Shown one piece after another: positions 63,674-64,000 of a stretch of 64,000 nt of DNA. The translations under genes and the position numbers were made by a program. Position 1 is the stretch's first letter. Each line of letters begins with the position of its first letter. Source of the DNA: an uncultured Gammaproteobacteria bacterium (GTDB taxonomy: Bacteria; Pseudomonadota; Gammaproteobacteria; Steroidobacterales; Steroidobacteraceae); NCBI GenBank assembly GCA_963695315.1, contig OY968773.1, forward strand, positions 3,924,963-3,988,962. The letters are read 5' to 3'. The notes beneath the pieces are model-generated. The model was not told the origin of the DNA. It made no database searches and saw only the letters and a program-made list of their open reading frames with translations.

Positions 63674-63836
63674 TCAACTCCGACTACCTTATTGTGATGA
63701 AAATGAGCTGTTATGCCAACATGAAATGTACCGGTCATTGCAATATGATTAAAACCAACAGCTTAACCGAACTTGGCTTGGCGGTGCACTAGGGTCAATC
63801 AAAGCGCTCAAGACCCTTGGTGTGCACCAAAAGATT

Positions 63837-63850
63837 GCAACGCATTTCAT
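63837..63850 (+). promoter_or_regulatory. Operator-like 14-mer TGCAACGCATTTCA
   Basis: Exact inverted copy of 60151..60164, 127 nt upstream of the ATG at 63977. Confidence 0.45.
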
Positions 63851-63976
63851 AGAAGCGTATTCTGAGATTAACGAAAAGAGTACAGCTCAGTACTAGCGAT
63901 AGAGGCGTCGCGTGTGTATTGCTGTTGGTGCGGGTCGGGCATCTAGGGACTAGATGACGGATCGTAAGGGGGCCAC

Positions 63977-64000
63977 ATGAAGGTTTCGTCCATCCATAGC
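63977..64000 (+). CDS. First 8 codons of an unidentified gene (runs off the right edge)
   Basis: AAGGGGG lies 6 nt upstream of ATG 63977 (MKVSSIHS). Too short to identify. Confidence 0.3.

Larger units (their letters stand above)
58835..64000. mobile_element. Probable tRNA-Arg-associated integrated islet (right boundary not in window)
   Basis: Integrase abuts the tRNA 3' end. The flanking sequence is visibly less GC-rich (hand counts of single 60-nt lines give 48-52% versus 60-77% in core genes). The cargo genes share a private operator motif. Confidence 0.4.

Overview
This is a high-GC proteobacterial chromosome segment, analysed by eye from the sequence and the ORF track only (no searches were run).

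The left half (1-29.6 kb) is conserved core. In order: pilB, pilA, pilR, pilS (minus strand); sucC, sucD, nadE; bamD; rluD, pgeF; a ZIP transporter; clpB; fmdB-like, DUF502, aspS; an alpha/beta hydrolase; mutS; a c-type cytochrome; an S9 peptidase; pncC, recA, recX, alaS, csrA, tRNA-Ser(GCU). The pilSR/sucCD adjacency suggests a Xanthomonadales-like gammaproteobacterium (inference).

The right half (29.6-64 kb) is accessory. It holds:
- VOC/glyoxalase genes, an aminotransferase and a Rieske oxygenase
- an autoregulated SRPBCC-ArsR pair and MipA
- a YncE-like beta-propeller, a TonB-dependent receptor and a metallophosphoesterase
- a cupin, a 2OG-Fe(II) oxygenase and exonuclease III
- an orphan lipoprotein plus a 774-aa Cys-rich secreted protein
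- a translationally coupled amidohydrolase pair
- a six-gene type III PKS operon, a GNAT, and an S41 lipoprotein peptidase
- tRNA-Arg(ACG) followed by a broken integrase and a lower-GC islet (MFS transporter, LacI regulator, esterase) sharing a 14-bp operator-like motif

Many core genes are frame-broken as assembled, most densely in 1-10 kb. This is probably indel error.

No CRISPR array, rRNA, transposase or recognisable phage-defence gene was seen.

Best candidates for something undescribed:
1. the type III PKS + methyltransferase + flavoprotein + ACP + KAS + CPBP operon (49.7-55.1 kb)
2. the orphan lipoprotein / large Cys-rich secreted protein pair (43.7-46.3 kb)
3. the LacI-controlled islet next to tRNA-Arg

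None of these could be verified without database searches.
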